A stretch of DNA of 64,000 nt. Origin: an uncultured virus (IMG/VR IMGVR_UViG_3300048008_000607) (Duplodnaviria > Heunggongvirae > Uroviricota > Caudoviricetes > Crassvirales). Below are positions 32,151-41,143 of this stretch, in pieces. Within the stretch, counting starts at the first letter, position 1; every line of letters begins with the position of its first letter. The notes under the pieces were generated by a model. It was not told the origin of the DNA. It was given only the letters and a program-made list of their open reading frames with translations, and did not search any database. Both the position numbers and the translations under genes were made by a program. The DNA lies in IMG/VR virus record IMGVR_UViG_3300048008_000607. The stretch is one strand, 5' to 3'.

Positions 32151-32407
32151 AATATAACAACAACATCTTGTTCTTTTATGACCTGTAAGTATTCGCCGTC
32201 AAAATCTATCCCATAACCAGCATGTCGGTCGTAATAAATGTTATCGCCTGCAGCAATTCCTTCAACGTAATTACCAACAGAACGTACTTCAGCTTTTCTA
32301 TATCGTATGTCATCTTGATGTTTTTCTGTAAGGATTAAACCCGATTTGTTTGGTTTAATTTCTTCCTTAATTGATTTAATTATAATAAATTTATTTACAG
32401 CTTGCAT
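32147..32407 (-). CDS. groES: Co-chaperonin GroES
   Basis: 86 aa; KSGLIL mobile loop, VRSVG, GD.IYY, EQDVV; adjacent to groEL. Confidence 0.85.
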   Translation of the reverse strand: MQAVNKFIIIKSIKEEIKPNKSGLILTEKHQDDIRYRKAEVRSVGNYVEGIAAGDNIYYDRHAGYGIDFDGEYLQVIKEQDVVVIL

Positions 32408-33960
32408 TACGATTCTCTTACGTTAGAAATTATACAATCTGCAGACATAATTGTTGTTGCTACTGATACTGCATTTTTTAAAGCAGTCTTTGTAACTAGA
32501 ACAGGATCAATTATACCTTCTTTTACTAAATTAGTACTTTCTCCTGTAATAACGTTAATTCCCCAGCCTTTTTTCATAAAAGGGCCGTATTTTATGCCCG
32601 CGTTATCTAATATTTTTTTGTATGGAGCTTTAATAGCTTCAAATAATATTTTATACCCTATATTATCATTGTTTGCTATATCATCAGCTGCGTTGTGTAA
32701 TGCAACCCCGGCTCCCGGTACAATACCTTCTTTTAAGGCTGCTTTAACAGCATAGATAGCATCTTCAACTCTATCTTTCTTTTCTTTTAGTTCAATCTTA
32801 GAGTTTGCACCTACATACAACATTCCAACACCTCCTGAAAGCATTGCTTTACGTTGTTCAAGCTTTTTAAGCAAATAAGGATTCTTCTCCTCTTTAAGTT
32901 GCTTATTAATAACATCTATTCTATCTTTAACTTCATCCGTTAATTCAGATATAGTTATAACAGTGTTATTATCATCTGTAACGGACTTTTGAGCTTCACC
33001 TAATACTGATTCATTAATTAAATCTAAATCGTCCCCTAAGTCTTCTGAAATAACCGTGGCTCCCGTAAGCGCGGCTAAGTCATCTAACATATCTCTGCGT
33101 AAATTAGAAAAACCAGGCGGATCAATAAAGTTTACCTTAATGTTTCCTTTAACTTTATTCATTATAAGAGCAGATTGCACTTGAGGAGAGATATTACCAA
33201 TAATTAATATTGCTCTTTTATTTTTAATAGAGAATTCTAGTATTGCTTGTAGCTTTCTAATAGTTGAAATTTCTGAATCAACTAATAATATTAATGGCTT
33301 ATCAAGCTCTGCTTTATTTTTTTCTTTATCAGTAATTAAATGTTGTGATTTTAAACCACTATCAAACTGAACACCATCTATAATTTCTATAAACGTTTCA
33401 TCAGTATCAGACTCTTCCATAAGGACCACGCCTGCTTCACCAACTTTTGTATATGCATCTGCAATTAATTTTCCTAACTTTTTATCGTTATTAGTTGATA
33501 TATTAGCAACGTGCTCTAACATTGCATCTTTGACAGGTGTTGAAGAGCTTTCTAAGTAATTAATTACTTTTTTTGTAGCTTCTAATATTTGTTCTTTAAC
33601 AAGACGCAAATCTTTAGCTTTACTTTTTTCAAACTCTTTTAAAATGGAGTGCGCGAGGACGGTACTAGTTGTAGTACCATCACCCGCTTCCTTCACTGTT
33701 TTTTGTGCTGCCTCTTTAACGAGGGTCGCGCCAATGTTTTCTACTGGATCCATCAGCACCACACTATTTGCAACAGTCACTCCGTCTTTTGTTACTATGG
33801 GTTTTCCAAGTGCATCTTCATATATAACACACTTTCCTGATGCACCTAAAGTGGATGAAACTGCCTCAGCAAGTTTTTCAACTCCAGCCATAATTTTACT
33901 TTGAGCGGCATTGCCAAAGTTAAGTTCTTTAACAATTTCGCTTGGTTGATTAAATTCCAT
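32407..33960 (-). CDS. groEL: Chaperonin GroEL
   Basis: 517 aa; VTKDGVTVA, AGDGTTTSTVLA, KEKKDRVEDA, GIIDP; no GGM tail. Confidence 0.95.
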   Translation of the reverse strand: MEFNQPSEIVKELNFGNAAQSKIMAGVEKLAEAVSSTLGASGKCVIYEDALGKPIVTKDGVTVANSVVLMDPVENIGATLVKEAAQKTVKEAGDGTTTSTVLAHSILKEFEKSKAKDLRLVKEQILEATKKVINYLESSSTPVKDAMLEHVANISTNNDKKLGKLIADAYTKVGEAGVVLMEESDTDETFIEIIDGVQFDSGLKSQHLITDKEKNKAELDKPLILLVDSEISTIRKLQAILEFSIKNKRAILIIGNISPQVQSALIMNKVKGNIKVNFIDPPGFSNLRRDMLDDLAALTGATVISEDLGDDLDLINESVLGEAQKSVTDDNNTVITISELTDEVKDRIDVINKQLKEEKNPYLLKKLEQRKAMLSGGVGMLYVGANSKIELKEKKDRVEDAIYAVKAALKEGIVPGAGVALHNAADDIANNDNIGYKILFEAIKAPYKKILDNAGIKYGPFMKKGWGINVITGESTNLVKEGIIDPVLVTKTALKNAVSVATTIMSADCIISNVRES

Positions 33961-33983
33961 TAAATTAAATTTTAGATTACTGT

Positions 33984-34274
33984 TTATTCAAATGTTTTTA
34001 CCACTGTAGGGCCTTCTGTTAATTTTAACTTTTTTTGGTAATGTTCAATAGAAGAGTCAATTGCTTTTTCAGCTCCGTTAATAGTTTCTCTTCTTGTAAC
34101 ACTGATCCAGTTATTTTCACCTTCTTGCCATTCTGTTTGGTAATAACCATTTGGTAATTGTGTAATCCGCCAGTTTTTTTTCTTTGCATAACGTTTCCAC
34201 TGTTGTTTGGTTTCTTCGGATATTTGGTTAGTTCCGTTAGACCACGAATTGGTTTTGTAATAAAAATAAGTCAT
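33984..34274 (-). CDS. Hypothetical protein
   Basis: 96 aa intact ORF with an A-rich leader. Confidence 0.55.
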   Translation of the reverse strand: MTYFYYKTNSWSNGTNQISEETKQQWKRYAKKKNWRITQLPNGYYQTEWQEGENNWISVTRRETINGAEKAIDSSIEHYQKKLKLTEGPTVVKTFE

Positions 34275-34325
34275 TTTGGTTTTGGTTTTTAAGGGTTAAT
34301 AAAAAATTGGTTGACTATGTATATA

Positions 34326-36542
34326 TCACGCTTTTACTAGCGCTTTTAGTTCATCTATTTGGTTTTGTTGTTCTTTTACTGTTTCAATCAATAATCCGAT
34401 AATTCCGTTATAATCAACAGCTAAGTGAGATGATTCGCTGTTTAGATCTTCAACTTGTGAAACTAAAGATGGTAATACTTCTTGCACCTCTTGTGCTATA
34501 ACACCACCACTTGATTTATTATTTTTAATCCAATCAAAAGTTACTCCATTAATACTTTTAATTTTTTCAATTGGACTTTCAATTTGTTGTATATTTTGCT
34601 TTAAATTTTTATCAGAAGCTATGGTTGTTGAAAATGCAATAACATCGCCATCAACATTTAAATCACCTGCCGCTGACAATTGCATTTCGTTTGAACCGTT
34701 AACATACCAATCAATCTTAGTGTCTCCTGCTGTATCCCATTCTGTTCTTGTATCATCAGCATTAGGCAAAGCTGATAACGTTACATCACTGTTTAATTTT
34801 GCAAGAGTTACATTTCCGGCAGCTATCTTAGCTGTGGTTACTGCTAAGTCATTAATTTTAACAGTCTCTACAGCATTACTTGCTAATTTAGCGGCTACAA
34901 CAGCAGAACTATTTATTTGGCTAGTTCCTACTGCATTATCTGCAATTGCAGCTGTCGTTATCGCATCATCAGCTATAAGAGCTGTTGTTATTGCATCATC
35001 TGCAATTTTTGCAGTTGTAACAATATCATCGGGCAATATATCTGAATCTACAGTTCTATATTCTAAATCTGTGCCTGCAGCATTTACAACTAATACTTGG
35101 TGAGCTGTGCCTAATGCAGAAGGTGTGTCTGTTAAAGCAGAAAACGTAGTTGCACCAACTTGAGATGTATCAACCCATTTTAATCCTTTATAACCACTTG
35201 ATCCTTGATTATTAGCATCTACAGCTAATACCTTACCTGCAGTACCGGAATTTACAGTTGTAATCTGGTTAATATTTTTAAGAGCAAAAGCGGTAAACTC
35301 TAAACCATTAAGGCCACTGTTAACTTGTAGTATATCACCAGCATTAGCTGTGTATGAAGAAGGAGTATCACTCAGCGTTAAGAAGCTACTTGCTCCAGCG
35401 CTTCCAGCAACCCAAGTTAAATTACCACCAGAAAGTGATAATACTTGACCATCTATACCAACAGCAGGTGATAACTTAGCGGCAGTAACCGCATTGTTAT
35501 CTATATCAGATGTTCCTACAGTGTCTAAAATAGCTAGATCGCCAGAATCAGTGATATGTGCCATTTCATGTGTGTGATCAGCTCTCGGCACATTAGCAGC
35601 ATTACGATCTGTAGTAGTAGTACTTATTGTAGCAAAGGCAGCAGAACCAAAAGTAAACGTAGGGTCTGTACCTGCAAAACCACCACCTAAATTAAATGTT
35701 AGTGTTTCATTAGTTTGACTAATTGATGTAAGATAATAATTACTTGAAGCATTTTCTGACCAGCTAAAACCATCTGCTCCATCTGATGTTAGTACATATC
35801 CAGAAGTTGGGTTATTACCTACAGCAAGTTTGCTTTCACCAATTACACCGTCTTTAATTTTAAGAGCTGTAATAGCGTTAGTTTCAATTTGATTCGCGCC
35901 AACTTTATCTAATGTAGCTAAATCACCTAGAAAAGTTGTGTCTATATCATCTAATGATATTTGGTCTGAAACTTGATTAACTATAGTGGTTACACTTTCG
36001 AAAGCAGCTGAACCCAATGTTAATGTTTGATCAGCAACATTACCTTGCATACCAAAGGTAATTTGACTACCACTTATAGTAATACCGTTGAGGTAGTTAT
36101 TTGTATCAGTAATATTTGCAGCATTCACCCAACTAAAACCACCTGTACCATTTGAAGATAGTAGTTGGCCACTTATACCATTATCATCTACATTTAAATA
36201 ATAAGATGTTATATCATTCTGCGATATTACCTGCGCAGTGTTAAATGATATATTTGATGGGGCATAATCTGTATGTGCGTGAAACGCTGCAGTACCTAAA
36301 GTCAATGTTTGATTGTCAATGCCATCGACTGTGAAGGTTACTACTCCTGTTGCTTGATCTGCAGTGATACCACTTAAATAGTAGTTTGTATCTACTATAC
36401 CACCGGAGTCTAGAGATATAAAGTCAATAAGTGAACCTACAGAATAATTCTTGGTTATACTTGAATCTTGAGCATCACTCCCTATTAATATATCATCTCT
36501 TGATACAACGAGATCTTTACCGTATGTAGATATTCTAGCCAT
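34326..36542 (-). CDS. Second tail fibre with S74-like chaperone domain
   Basis: 738 aa; SDKNLKQNI...GVIAQEVQ; TTAKIADDA-type repeats; N-terminus similar to the 1512-aa fibre. Confidence 0.8.
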   Translation of the reverse strand: MARISTYGKDLVVSRDDILIGSDAQDSSITKNYSVGSLIDFISLDSGGIVDTNYYLSGITADQATGVVTFTVDGIDNQTLTLGTAAFHAHTDYAPSNISFNTAQVISQNDITSYYLNVDDNGISGQLLSSNGTGGFSWVNAANITDTNNYLNGITISGSQITFGMQGNVADQTLTLGSAAFESVTTIVNQVSDQISLDDIDTTFLGDLATLDKVGANQIETNAITALKIKDGVIGESKLAVGNNPTSGYVLTSDGADGFSWSENASSNYYLTSISQTNETLTFNLGGGFAGTDPTFTFGSAAFATISTTTTDRNAANVPRADHTHEMAHITDSGDLAILDTVGTSDIDNNAVTAAKLSPAVGIDGQVLSLSGGNLTWVAGSAGASSFLTLSDTPSSYTANAGDILQVNSGLNGLEFTAFALKNINQITTVNSGTAGKVLAVDANNQGSSGYKGLKWVDTSQVGATTFSALTDTPSALGTAHQVLVVNAAGTDLEYRTVDSDILPDDIVTTAKIADDAITTALIADDAITTAAIADNAVGTSQINSSAVVAAKLASNAVETVKINDLAVTTAKIAAGNVTLAKLNSDVTLSALPNADDTRTEWDTAGDTKIDWYVNGSNEMQLSAAGDLNVDGDVIAFSTTIASDKNLKQNIQQIESPIEKIKSINGVTFDWIKNNKSSGGVIAQEVQEVLPSLVSQVEDLNSESSHLAVDYNGIIGLLIETVKEQQNQIDELKALVKA

Positions 36543-36778
36543 TATTTTGTGTTATTGATTTTAGTGCCCTTACCAAAACCAGATCGGTTTCGTTTTGCAG
36601 ATACGAAGGACATTGTAGTATGGTCATAGTCCATGCCATCTACATTTTTACCATTCTTTTTTGCAGCTCTACGCTTACGTTGGTTTTCAGCCTTCATAGC
36701 ACGACGTCGAGGGCTCATTGCAACGGCCTTATCTCGGACCTTCTTACGACGCCGCGCTTCAGGAGAAAGCTTTTGCAT
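36542..36778 (-). CDS. Small basic protein, possibly degenerate HNH-like
   Basis: 78 aa; DYDH...VSAKRNR. Confidence 0.45.
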   Translation of the reverse strand: MQKLSPEARRRKKVRDKAVAMSPRRRAMKAENQRKRRAAKKNGKNVDGMDYDHTTMSFVSAKRNRSGFGKGTKINNTK

Positions 36779-37500
36779 TACTTTTTAATACTTGTGTAAC
36801 TAGTACCCATACCCATACTCACTTTTGGTCTTTTCGGGGATTTGGCTTTTTTCTGCTTTGCATAATAAGCTAGCTTTTCTTTATAGCTCATTCCCTCAGT
36901 GCCAAGTTTTCTTTTGCCTTTAACTTTGCCACCAGTCATTTTAGCAGGTGACTTACCATATGATTTAGCGGGTGATTTACCTTTAGATTTTTTCTTACCA
37001 GTATCAACACCACGTGGCTTAATAGCAGAAACAGTTCCTTCTACTACAACTTTTTCACCACCAACGGTTCTGTATTTAGTTCTACCTGATGCATCTTTTG
37101 CAGTACCTCCTAAAGCAGTAGAAGTTCTTGTATTTCCTTTAACTCCTTTTTGAGATACTTTTTTTGTAGTTTCAGTACCTAATCTTCCGCCACCTTTTCT
37201 TTTAGCCATTGTATCAGCTGATTTTTTTTCTGAAGCGGTCATTGCATCTCTACCTTTAGGCGCTACTAATTTTTTTACAGTTCTTTTTTCAGTAGTTAGC
37301 GTTCTACCTTTACCTATATCTTTTGTGGTAGTTTTTGTTTTATCTCCTACATCAACTTTTGCTTCTGCAAACTTTTTATCAGTTTTCTTTGCAGGGGCAT
37401 CTAATATTGCCTGCTTTAAGTGTTGAGGTAAGTTACCTTGCTTACCTACTAACGCTTTCATGAAAGGCGTCTTCGGTGCCATTTTAAATGGTGAACTCAT
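36778..37500 (-). CDS. Lys-rich histone-H1-like protein, first gene of the late block
   Basis: 240 aa; very K/G/T-rich with KSPAK repeats. Confidence 0.6.
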   Translation of the reverse strand: MSSPFKMAPKTPFMKALVGKQGNLPQHLKQAILDAPAKKTDKKFAEAKVDVGDKTKTTTKDIGKGRTLTTEKRTVKKLVAPKGRDAMTASEKKSADTMAKRKGGGRLGTETTKKVSQKGVKGNTRTSTALGGTAKDASGRTKYRTVGGEKVVVEGTVSAIKPRGVDTGKKKSKGKSPAKSYGKSPAKMTGGKVKGKRKLGTEGMSYKEKLAYYAKQKKAKSPKRPKVSMGMGTSYTSIKK

Positions 37501-37607
37501 AATTTTTGTTTTTAAGATTAATCTAATTATTTAACATGCATGTGTTATAAATTGTTATATTACGTTTAATGAAAATTACTTAAGCTACTCTATAATATAT
37601 ATGCATA

Positions 37608-37657
37608 GTGCGACGTTAGCCCCCTACATTATATATATTAAGTACCTAATGTCACAC
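37608..37657. promoter_or_regulatory. Inverted repeat with AT-rich spacer (operator/origin candidate 1)
   Basis: GTGCGACGTTAG-N26-CTAATGTCACAC, 10/12 complementary; related site at 43874. Confidence 0.55.
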
Positions 37658-37791
37658 ATTCTTGCGGTAACAAAAGCAGCCCCACCCTGTTCTGAAAAAA
37701 TACGTTAGATATATAGAGGTTTTGTATTACGCATAACTATTTGGTAACCAGCCACTTAACTAAAACCAATATTTTTACCCCACCCCCCTAA

Positions 37792-37838
37792 TGTGCTCAG
37801 TATCAAGCCCTTATGTTTTGGCTTTTTGTGCTCAGTAT
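37792..37838 (+). repeat. 12-bp direct repeat TGTGCTCAGTAT x2
   Basis: Exact copies at 37792-37803 and 37827-37838. Confidence 0.8.
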
Positions 37839-37840
37839 TT

Positions 37841-37872
37841 TACAATGTAAACACGAACTAGTTTGGATAATA
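37841..37872 (+). promoter_or_regulatory. Early promoter-like motif, copy 1
   Basis: TACAATGTAAACACGA-ACTAGTTT-GGATAATA. Confidence 0.75.
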
Positions 37873-37919
37873 TAGTTAGGCTTTGTCCGATCATTTTAAG
37901 AAATATATATTTTACTTTT

Positions 37920-37951
37920 TACATACTAAACACGAGATCATTTGGATAATA
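37920..37951 (+). promoter_or_regulatory. Early promoter-like motif, copy 2
   Basis: TACATACTAAACACGA-GATCATTT-GGATAATA; upstream of ORF 37979. Confidence 0.75.
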
Positions 37952-37978
37952 TATATGTAACAAATAAAATAAAATACA

Positions 37979-38179
37979 ATGTTAGATTTAAAAAACTTTA
38001 TCTTAGAAGAAATGGAAAGAATTCACTTACCTAATTATTATGGAAGTAAACAACAAATAGAAAATGAAAATAAAATTGTAAAAGAAAGTAAAATAGAAAT
38101 GTTATACAATGAAGCTATAGAAGAATATTACTATAGAGTATATCATCAACAACCAAATGCTAATAAAGAATTACTATAA
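37979..38179 (+). CDS. Early hypothetical protein
   Basis: 66 aa; follows motif copy 2. Confidence 0.6.
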   Translation: MLDLKNFILEEMERIHLPNYYGSKQQIENENKIVKESKIEMLYNEAIEEYYYRVYHQQPNANKELL

Positions 38180-38183
38180 GTTT

Positions 38184-38215
38184 TACAAACTAAACACGAT
38201 AGTAAATGGATAATA
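38184..38215 (+). promoter_or_regulatory. Early promoter-like motif, copy 3
   Basis: TACAAACTAAACACGA-TAGTAAAT-GGATAATA. Confidence 0.75.
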
Positions 38216-38243
38216 TATATGTAACAAATAAAACAAATACACA

Positions 38244-38405
38244 ATGTACAAAGTAATTAAAGAAGCAAATTGGACAGACTCAAAAGGTAAAGTAAGAAAC
38301 TTCTATAGTTTTGTAAGATCAAATAGCATTGAAGAAGCTACAAAGTACAGTGCTCAAAAATGGGGATTAGATAATATAAAAGAAGTAATTGAATTACAAA
38401 GTTAA
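38244..38405 (+). CDS. Early hypothetical protein (53 aa)
   Basis: Hand-translated MYKVIKEANWTDSKGK...ELQS; stop lies inside motif copy 4. Confidence 0.6.
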   Translation: MYKVIKEANWTDSKGKVRNFYSFVRSNSIEEATKYSAQKWGLDNIKEVIELQS

Positions 38406-38426
38406 CACGACCTCAACTGGATAATA
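38395..38426 (+). promoter_or_regulatory. Early promoter-like motif, copy 4
   Basis: TACAAAGTTAACACGA-CCTCAACT-GGATAATA. Confidence 0.75.
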
Positions 38427-38451
38427 TATAAGAACATTAAAACATACACAC

Positions 38452-38595
38452 ATGGAATTTAATAGACTTGAACTAGAATTGTTAAGATATGCAATGGAAG
38501 ACTTTGCAAACAATGATCAACACACCGAATCAAGCCAATACAAAGCATTCGAAATTGTAACTAAAATTGATGAAATGATTAATAATATTAAGTAA
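38452..38595 (+). CDS. Early hypothetical protein (47 aa)
   Basis: Hand-translated MEFNRLELELLRYAMEDF...NNIK. Confidence 0.55.
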   Translation: MEFNRLELELLRYAMEDFANNDQHTESSQYKAFEIVTKIDEMINNIK

Positions 38596-38673
38596 AATAA
38601 GTAAAACACACACATTCACACACTGAACTATACAAGTACACTTAAAAACATTAACAAATAAAACACACACCTT

Positions 38674-38862
38674 ATGACTACTGAAACATACAACAAGATA
38701 CAAAAGAAAATAGCAAGACAAAACAAACGTACACAAGATCTTATAGCTAATTACATAAGACCAGTTAAAAGAGTGACAAGAGTAACATTCTCACGTAAAG
38801 CTCAATGGGATTACATAGACACAACAAAAGTATACTACTCTCACGTTAAACTACAAGCTTAA
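38674..38862 (+). CDS. Early hypothetical basic protein
   Basis: 62 aa; stop lies inside motif copy 5. Confidence 0.55.
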   Translation: MTTETYNKIQKKIARQNKRTQDLIANYIRPVKRVTRVTFSRKAQWDYIDTTKVYYSHVKLQA

Positions 38863-38883
38863 TACGATGCGAATTGGATAATA
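38852..38883 (+). promoter_or_regulatory. Early promoter-like motif, copy 5
   Basis: TACAAGCTTAATACGA-TGCGAATT-GGATAATA. Confidence 0.72.
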
Positions 38884-38904
38884 TAAACGTAAAACAAACA
38901 CACT

Positions 38905-39078
38905 ATGATAACACAACTACACGAAATAAATGGTAAACTAGATATGTTACAAGATCTAAAAATTCAAGGTCTAGGATTATCACTTGACCAACAAGAAAAG
39001 CTACTTGCTATACACCAACAAGTACTCGACAAACGTTTTGAATTACTAAAACAAATTAAAAAACAATATATAATATGA
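38905..39078 (+). CDS. Early hypothetical protein (57 aa)
   Basis: Hand-translated MITQLHEINGKLDML...; ATGA overlap with the next ORF. Confidence 0.5.
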   Translation: MITQLHEINGKLDMLQDLKIQGLGLSLDQQEKLLAIHQQVLDKRFELLKQIKKQYII

Positions 39079-39215
39079 ATACAACACACACAAATTTAAT
39101 GGACTGGGTTAATACACTTGACCTACCAACAGAAGAAAAGATTAACAGAATATACAAATACTATGATTGGCCGCTGAGCTATGCTGAAACAAAAGAATAC
39201 TTAATACACAACTAA
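39075..39215 (+). CDS. Early hypothetical protein (46 aa)
   Basis: Hand-translated MNTTHTNLMDWVNTL... Confidence 0.5.
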   Translation: MNTTHTNLMDWVNTLDLPTEEKINRIYKYYDWPLSYAETKEYLIHN

Positions 39216-39216
39216 T

Positions 39217-39324
39217 ATGATGAATAAATACTACTTAGAAGAAATGCTTGCTAATACAAGCTACACTGAAGAACAAATAACTGAAATGGAAAACTGGGAA
39301 ATTGAAATGCACTTAGGATTATGA
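39217..39324 (+). CDS. Early acidic peptide (35 aa)
   Basis: Hand-translated MMNKYYLEEMLANTSY...; ATGA overlap with ORF 39321. Confidence 0.45.
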   Translation: MMNKYYLEEMLANTSYTEEQITEMENWEIEMHLGL

Positions 39325-39521
39325 ATATAACACAAAAAGATTTAGAAGCTAAGCTAAAACAAATAGCTGAGTTCGAGCAAAAATACGGTACTGATCACGG
39401 CCAAACAAGTGTACACGCTATGAAAAAATATTGTACCGATGCTAAATACAGAGAACGCGTCACAGCCTTTAACAAAGCATCAATTGAAACAATTAAACAC
39501 TATAACAGATATGGATACTAA
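39321..39521 (+). CDS. Early hypothetical protein
   Basis: 66 aa, from the ORF track. Confidence 0.55.
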   Translation: MNITQKDLEAKLKQIAEFEQKYGTDHGQTSVHAMKKYCTDAKYRERVTAFNKASIETIKHYNRYGY

Positions 39522-39657
39522 AAATGAAATGCCTTGGGACTTTTGGAATTATGACATCAACCCAATACTAGGATACAAATGGAAGCGACCATCGCTATCA
39601 ACAAGGGGACCTAGAGATAAATATGAATACGATCAAGAAGACAATATAAAATTATAA
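39511..39657 (+). CDS. Early hypothetical protein
   Basis: Probable start MDTKNEMPWDFW within track ORF 39439. Confidence 0.5.
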   Translation: MDTKNEMPWDFWNYDINPILGYKWKRPSLSTRGPRDKYEYDQEDNIKL

Positions 39658-39750
39658 TACTATGGAATTATTTGAATTACAAAACCTCGACACAGGCTTC
39701 CTATTAGGAATATTATTAACTGGAGTTACATTAATCTTAACTGAATTATC

Positions 39751-39966
39751 ATGAAAACAAAAGACGAAGTACTACAACAAATATTTGACAATGACCCAAT
39801 GGGAATACTAGACGAAGAATTTACAACTAAAGATAAATTATATATGCTACGTCAAACCATTGATGACCTTGTTGCGATCGGCCCAGACTATGCACACTTT
39901 ATGAATGCACAGATAGCACACAAGAATTTAAAAAAGATTAAAAAGCTGTTAGAATACGTAGGCTAA
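39751..39966 (+). CDS. Early hypothetical protein
   Basis: 71 aa, from the ORF track. Confidence 0.55.
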   Translation: MKTKDEVLQQIFDNDPMGILDEEFTTKDKLYMLRQTIDDLVAIGPDYAHFMNAQIAHKNLKKIKKLLEYVG

Positions 39967-39980
39967 ATGCTATACACAAT

Positions 39981-40012
39981 TACAAACCTAACACGAACAC
40001 AAACGGATAATA
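39981..40012 (+). promoter_or_regulatory. Early promoter-like motif, copy 6
   Basis: TACAAACCTAACACGA-ACACAAAC-GGATAATA. Confidence 0.75.
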
Positions 40013-40038
40013 TTAACGAATAACAAACACACACAATT

Positions 40039-40284
40039 ATGAAAACATTTGACAGATACAAACAAAACTTAAAACAAGTCGGCAATGACATTTATTCTTA
40101 TGATACACAAGTTGCTGAAATAATTGGAGACTATCTTTATAAACTTAAATGGAATGTAAAAGGTATGACGTCAAGCCCAACAACAAACAAGCATATTAAT
40201 TATGCAGCAAGTGAACTTGGTTTAACTGTAATTGAAAATAACCAATGGAAAGATGAATACTGGCCAAAAAATATAGAAGCATGA
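40039..40284 (+). CDS. Early hypothetical protein
   Basis: 81 aa; YSYDTQVA...SPTTNKHIN motif seen in phage early proteins. Confidence 0.6.
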   Translation: MKTFDRYKQNLKQVGNDIYSYDTQVAEIIGDYLYKLKWNVKGMTSSPTTNKHINYAASELGLTVIENNQWKDEYWPKNIEA

Positions 40285-40397
40285 TAACTGAATGTAGCTA
40301 TTGTGATGAGCCATTACACGAAGAAGAAATAGAATTTTATAACACACACGTAGATGCAATGCCTTTGTGCACAAACTGTGGAATTAAATTATGGTAA
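40281..40397 (+). CDS. 38-aa zinc-ribbon peptide
   Basis: Hand-translated MITECSYCDEPL...LCTNCGIKLW; two CxxC motifs. Confidence 0.55.
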   Translation: MITECSYCDEPLHEEEIEFYNTHVDAMPLCTNCGIKLW

Positions 40398-40398
40398 T

Positions 40399-40599
40399 AT
40401 GACAAACACATGGATATTTTATGGTAACGACCATAGCGGGATTAAAACAATTCATTACATTAAACAATGTAAACGTCCTGAAGCAACAAGTGAATACAAA
40501 GAAATGATGCACTTATTAGAAAATAATACTTATTACACAACAGGTTATATGACTAGTAAAGCATGGAATAAAGAAAACCAATATATAAAAGTAATATGA
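40399..40599 (+). CDS. Early hypothetical protein
   Basis: Probable start MTNTWIFYG within track ORF 40354. Confidence 0.5.
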   Translation: MTNTWIFYGNDHSGIKTIHYIKQCKRPEATSEYKEMMHLLENNTYYTTGYMTSKAWNKENQYIKVI

Positions 40600-40778
40600 A
40601 TAAACTAATACAACAAATCGCAGATCAATGCATTGAAGAAATCGATGAACACATTGATAACACAATTCACTGGCAATTAACATTTGATGACGATGAAGGT
40701 GATGAATTAACAGGCGAATTAGAATTAAAAATCAAACAACAAATATTATTTACACTAATTAAAAAAGTAACAAAATGA
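40596..40778 (+). CDS. Early acidic protein
   Basis: 60 aa; D/E-rich. Confidence 0.55.
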   Translation: MNKLIQQIADQCIEEIDEHIDNTIHWQLTFDDDEGDELTGELELKIKQQILFTLIKKVTK

Positions 40779-41107
40779 ATGACATTTACACACAACTAGC
40801 AAAAGCTTTAAATGTAGCTGAAATTACAGATGATTATAAACACAGCAATGCGCATGATCTTGAAATTGCAGAATGGAATACTGCAGACAATTATGATATA
40901 CATATAATGACCTCAGACGTATACGCTATTAATTTTGAATATGATGTATACTATTATCAACCAAACTTCAGCGATATTATTGATCGCATTAAAGAATTAA
41001 ACAACTCTGATGCTATCGTATATGTAAGCGATCTTGAACAATACTTACCAGAGTATGAAGTTGAAAACTATCTTGAACAAGAATTACAAGGTAAACACGA
41101 AGCATAA
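40775..41107 (+). CDS. Early acidic protein
   Basis: 110 aa; D/E/Y-rich; stop lies inside motif copy 7. Confidence 0.6.
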   Translation: MNDIYTQLAKALNVAEITDDYKHSNAHDLEIAEWNTADNYDIHIMTSDVYAINFEYDVYYYQPNFSDIIDRIKELNNSDAIVYVSDLEQYLPEYEVENYLEQELQGKHEA

Positions 41108-41116
41108 CGGATAATA
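41085..41116 (+). promoter_or_regulatory. Early promoter-like motif, copy 7
   Basis: TACAAGGTAAACACGA-AGCATAAC-GGATAATA. Confidence 0.75.
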
Positions 41117-41143
41117 ATAACGAACAACAAACAATTAAATATT

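Noticed and set aside
18963..36542. Diversity-generating retroelement acting on the fibres
   Set aside because: No reverse transcriptase and no template/variable repeat pair seen; the repeats are protein-level.
1596..37153. Plus-strand track ORFs over the structural block, and similar antisense or alternate-frame ORFs elsewhere
   Set aside because: They lie within long, motif-supported genes on another strand or frame and show no recognisable motifs.
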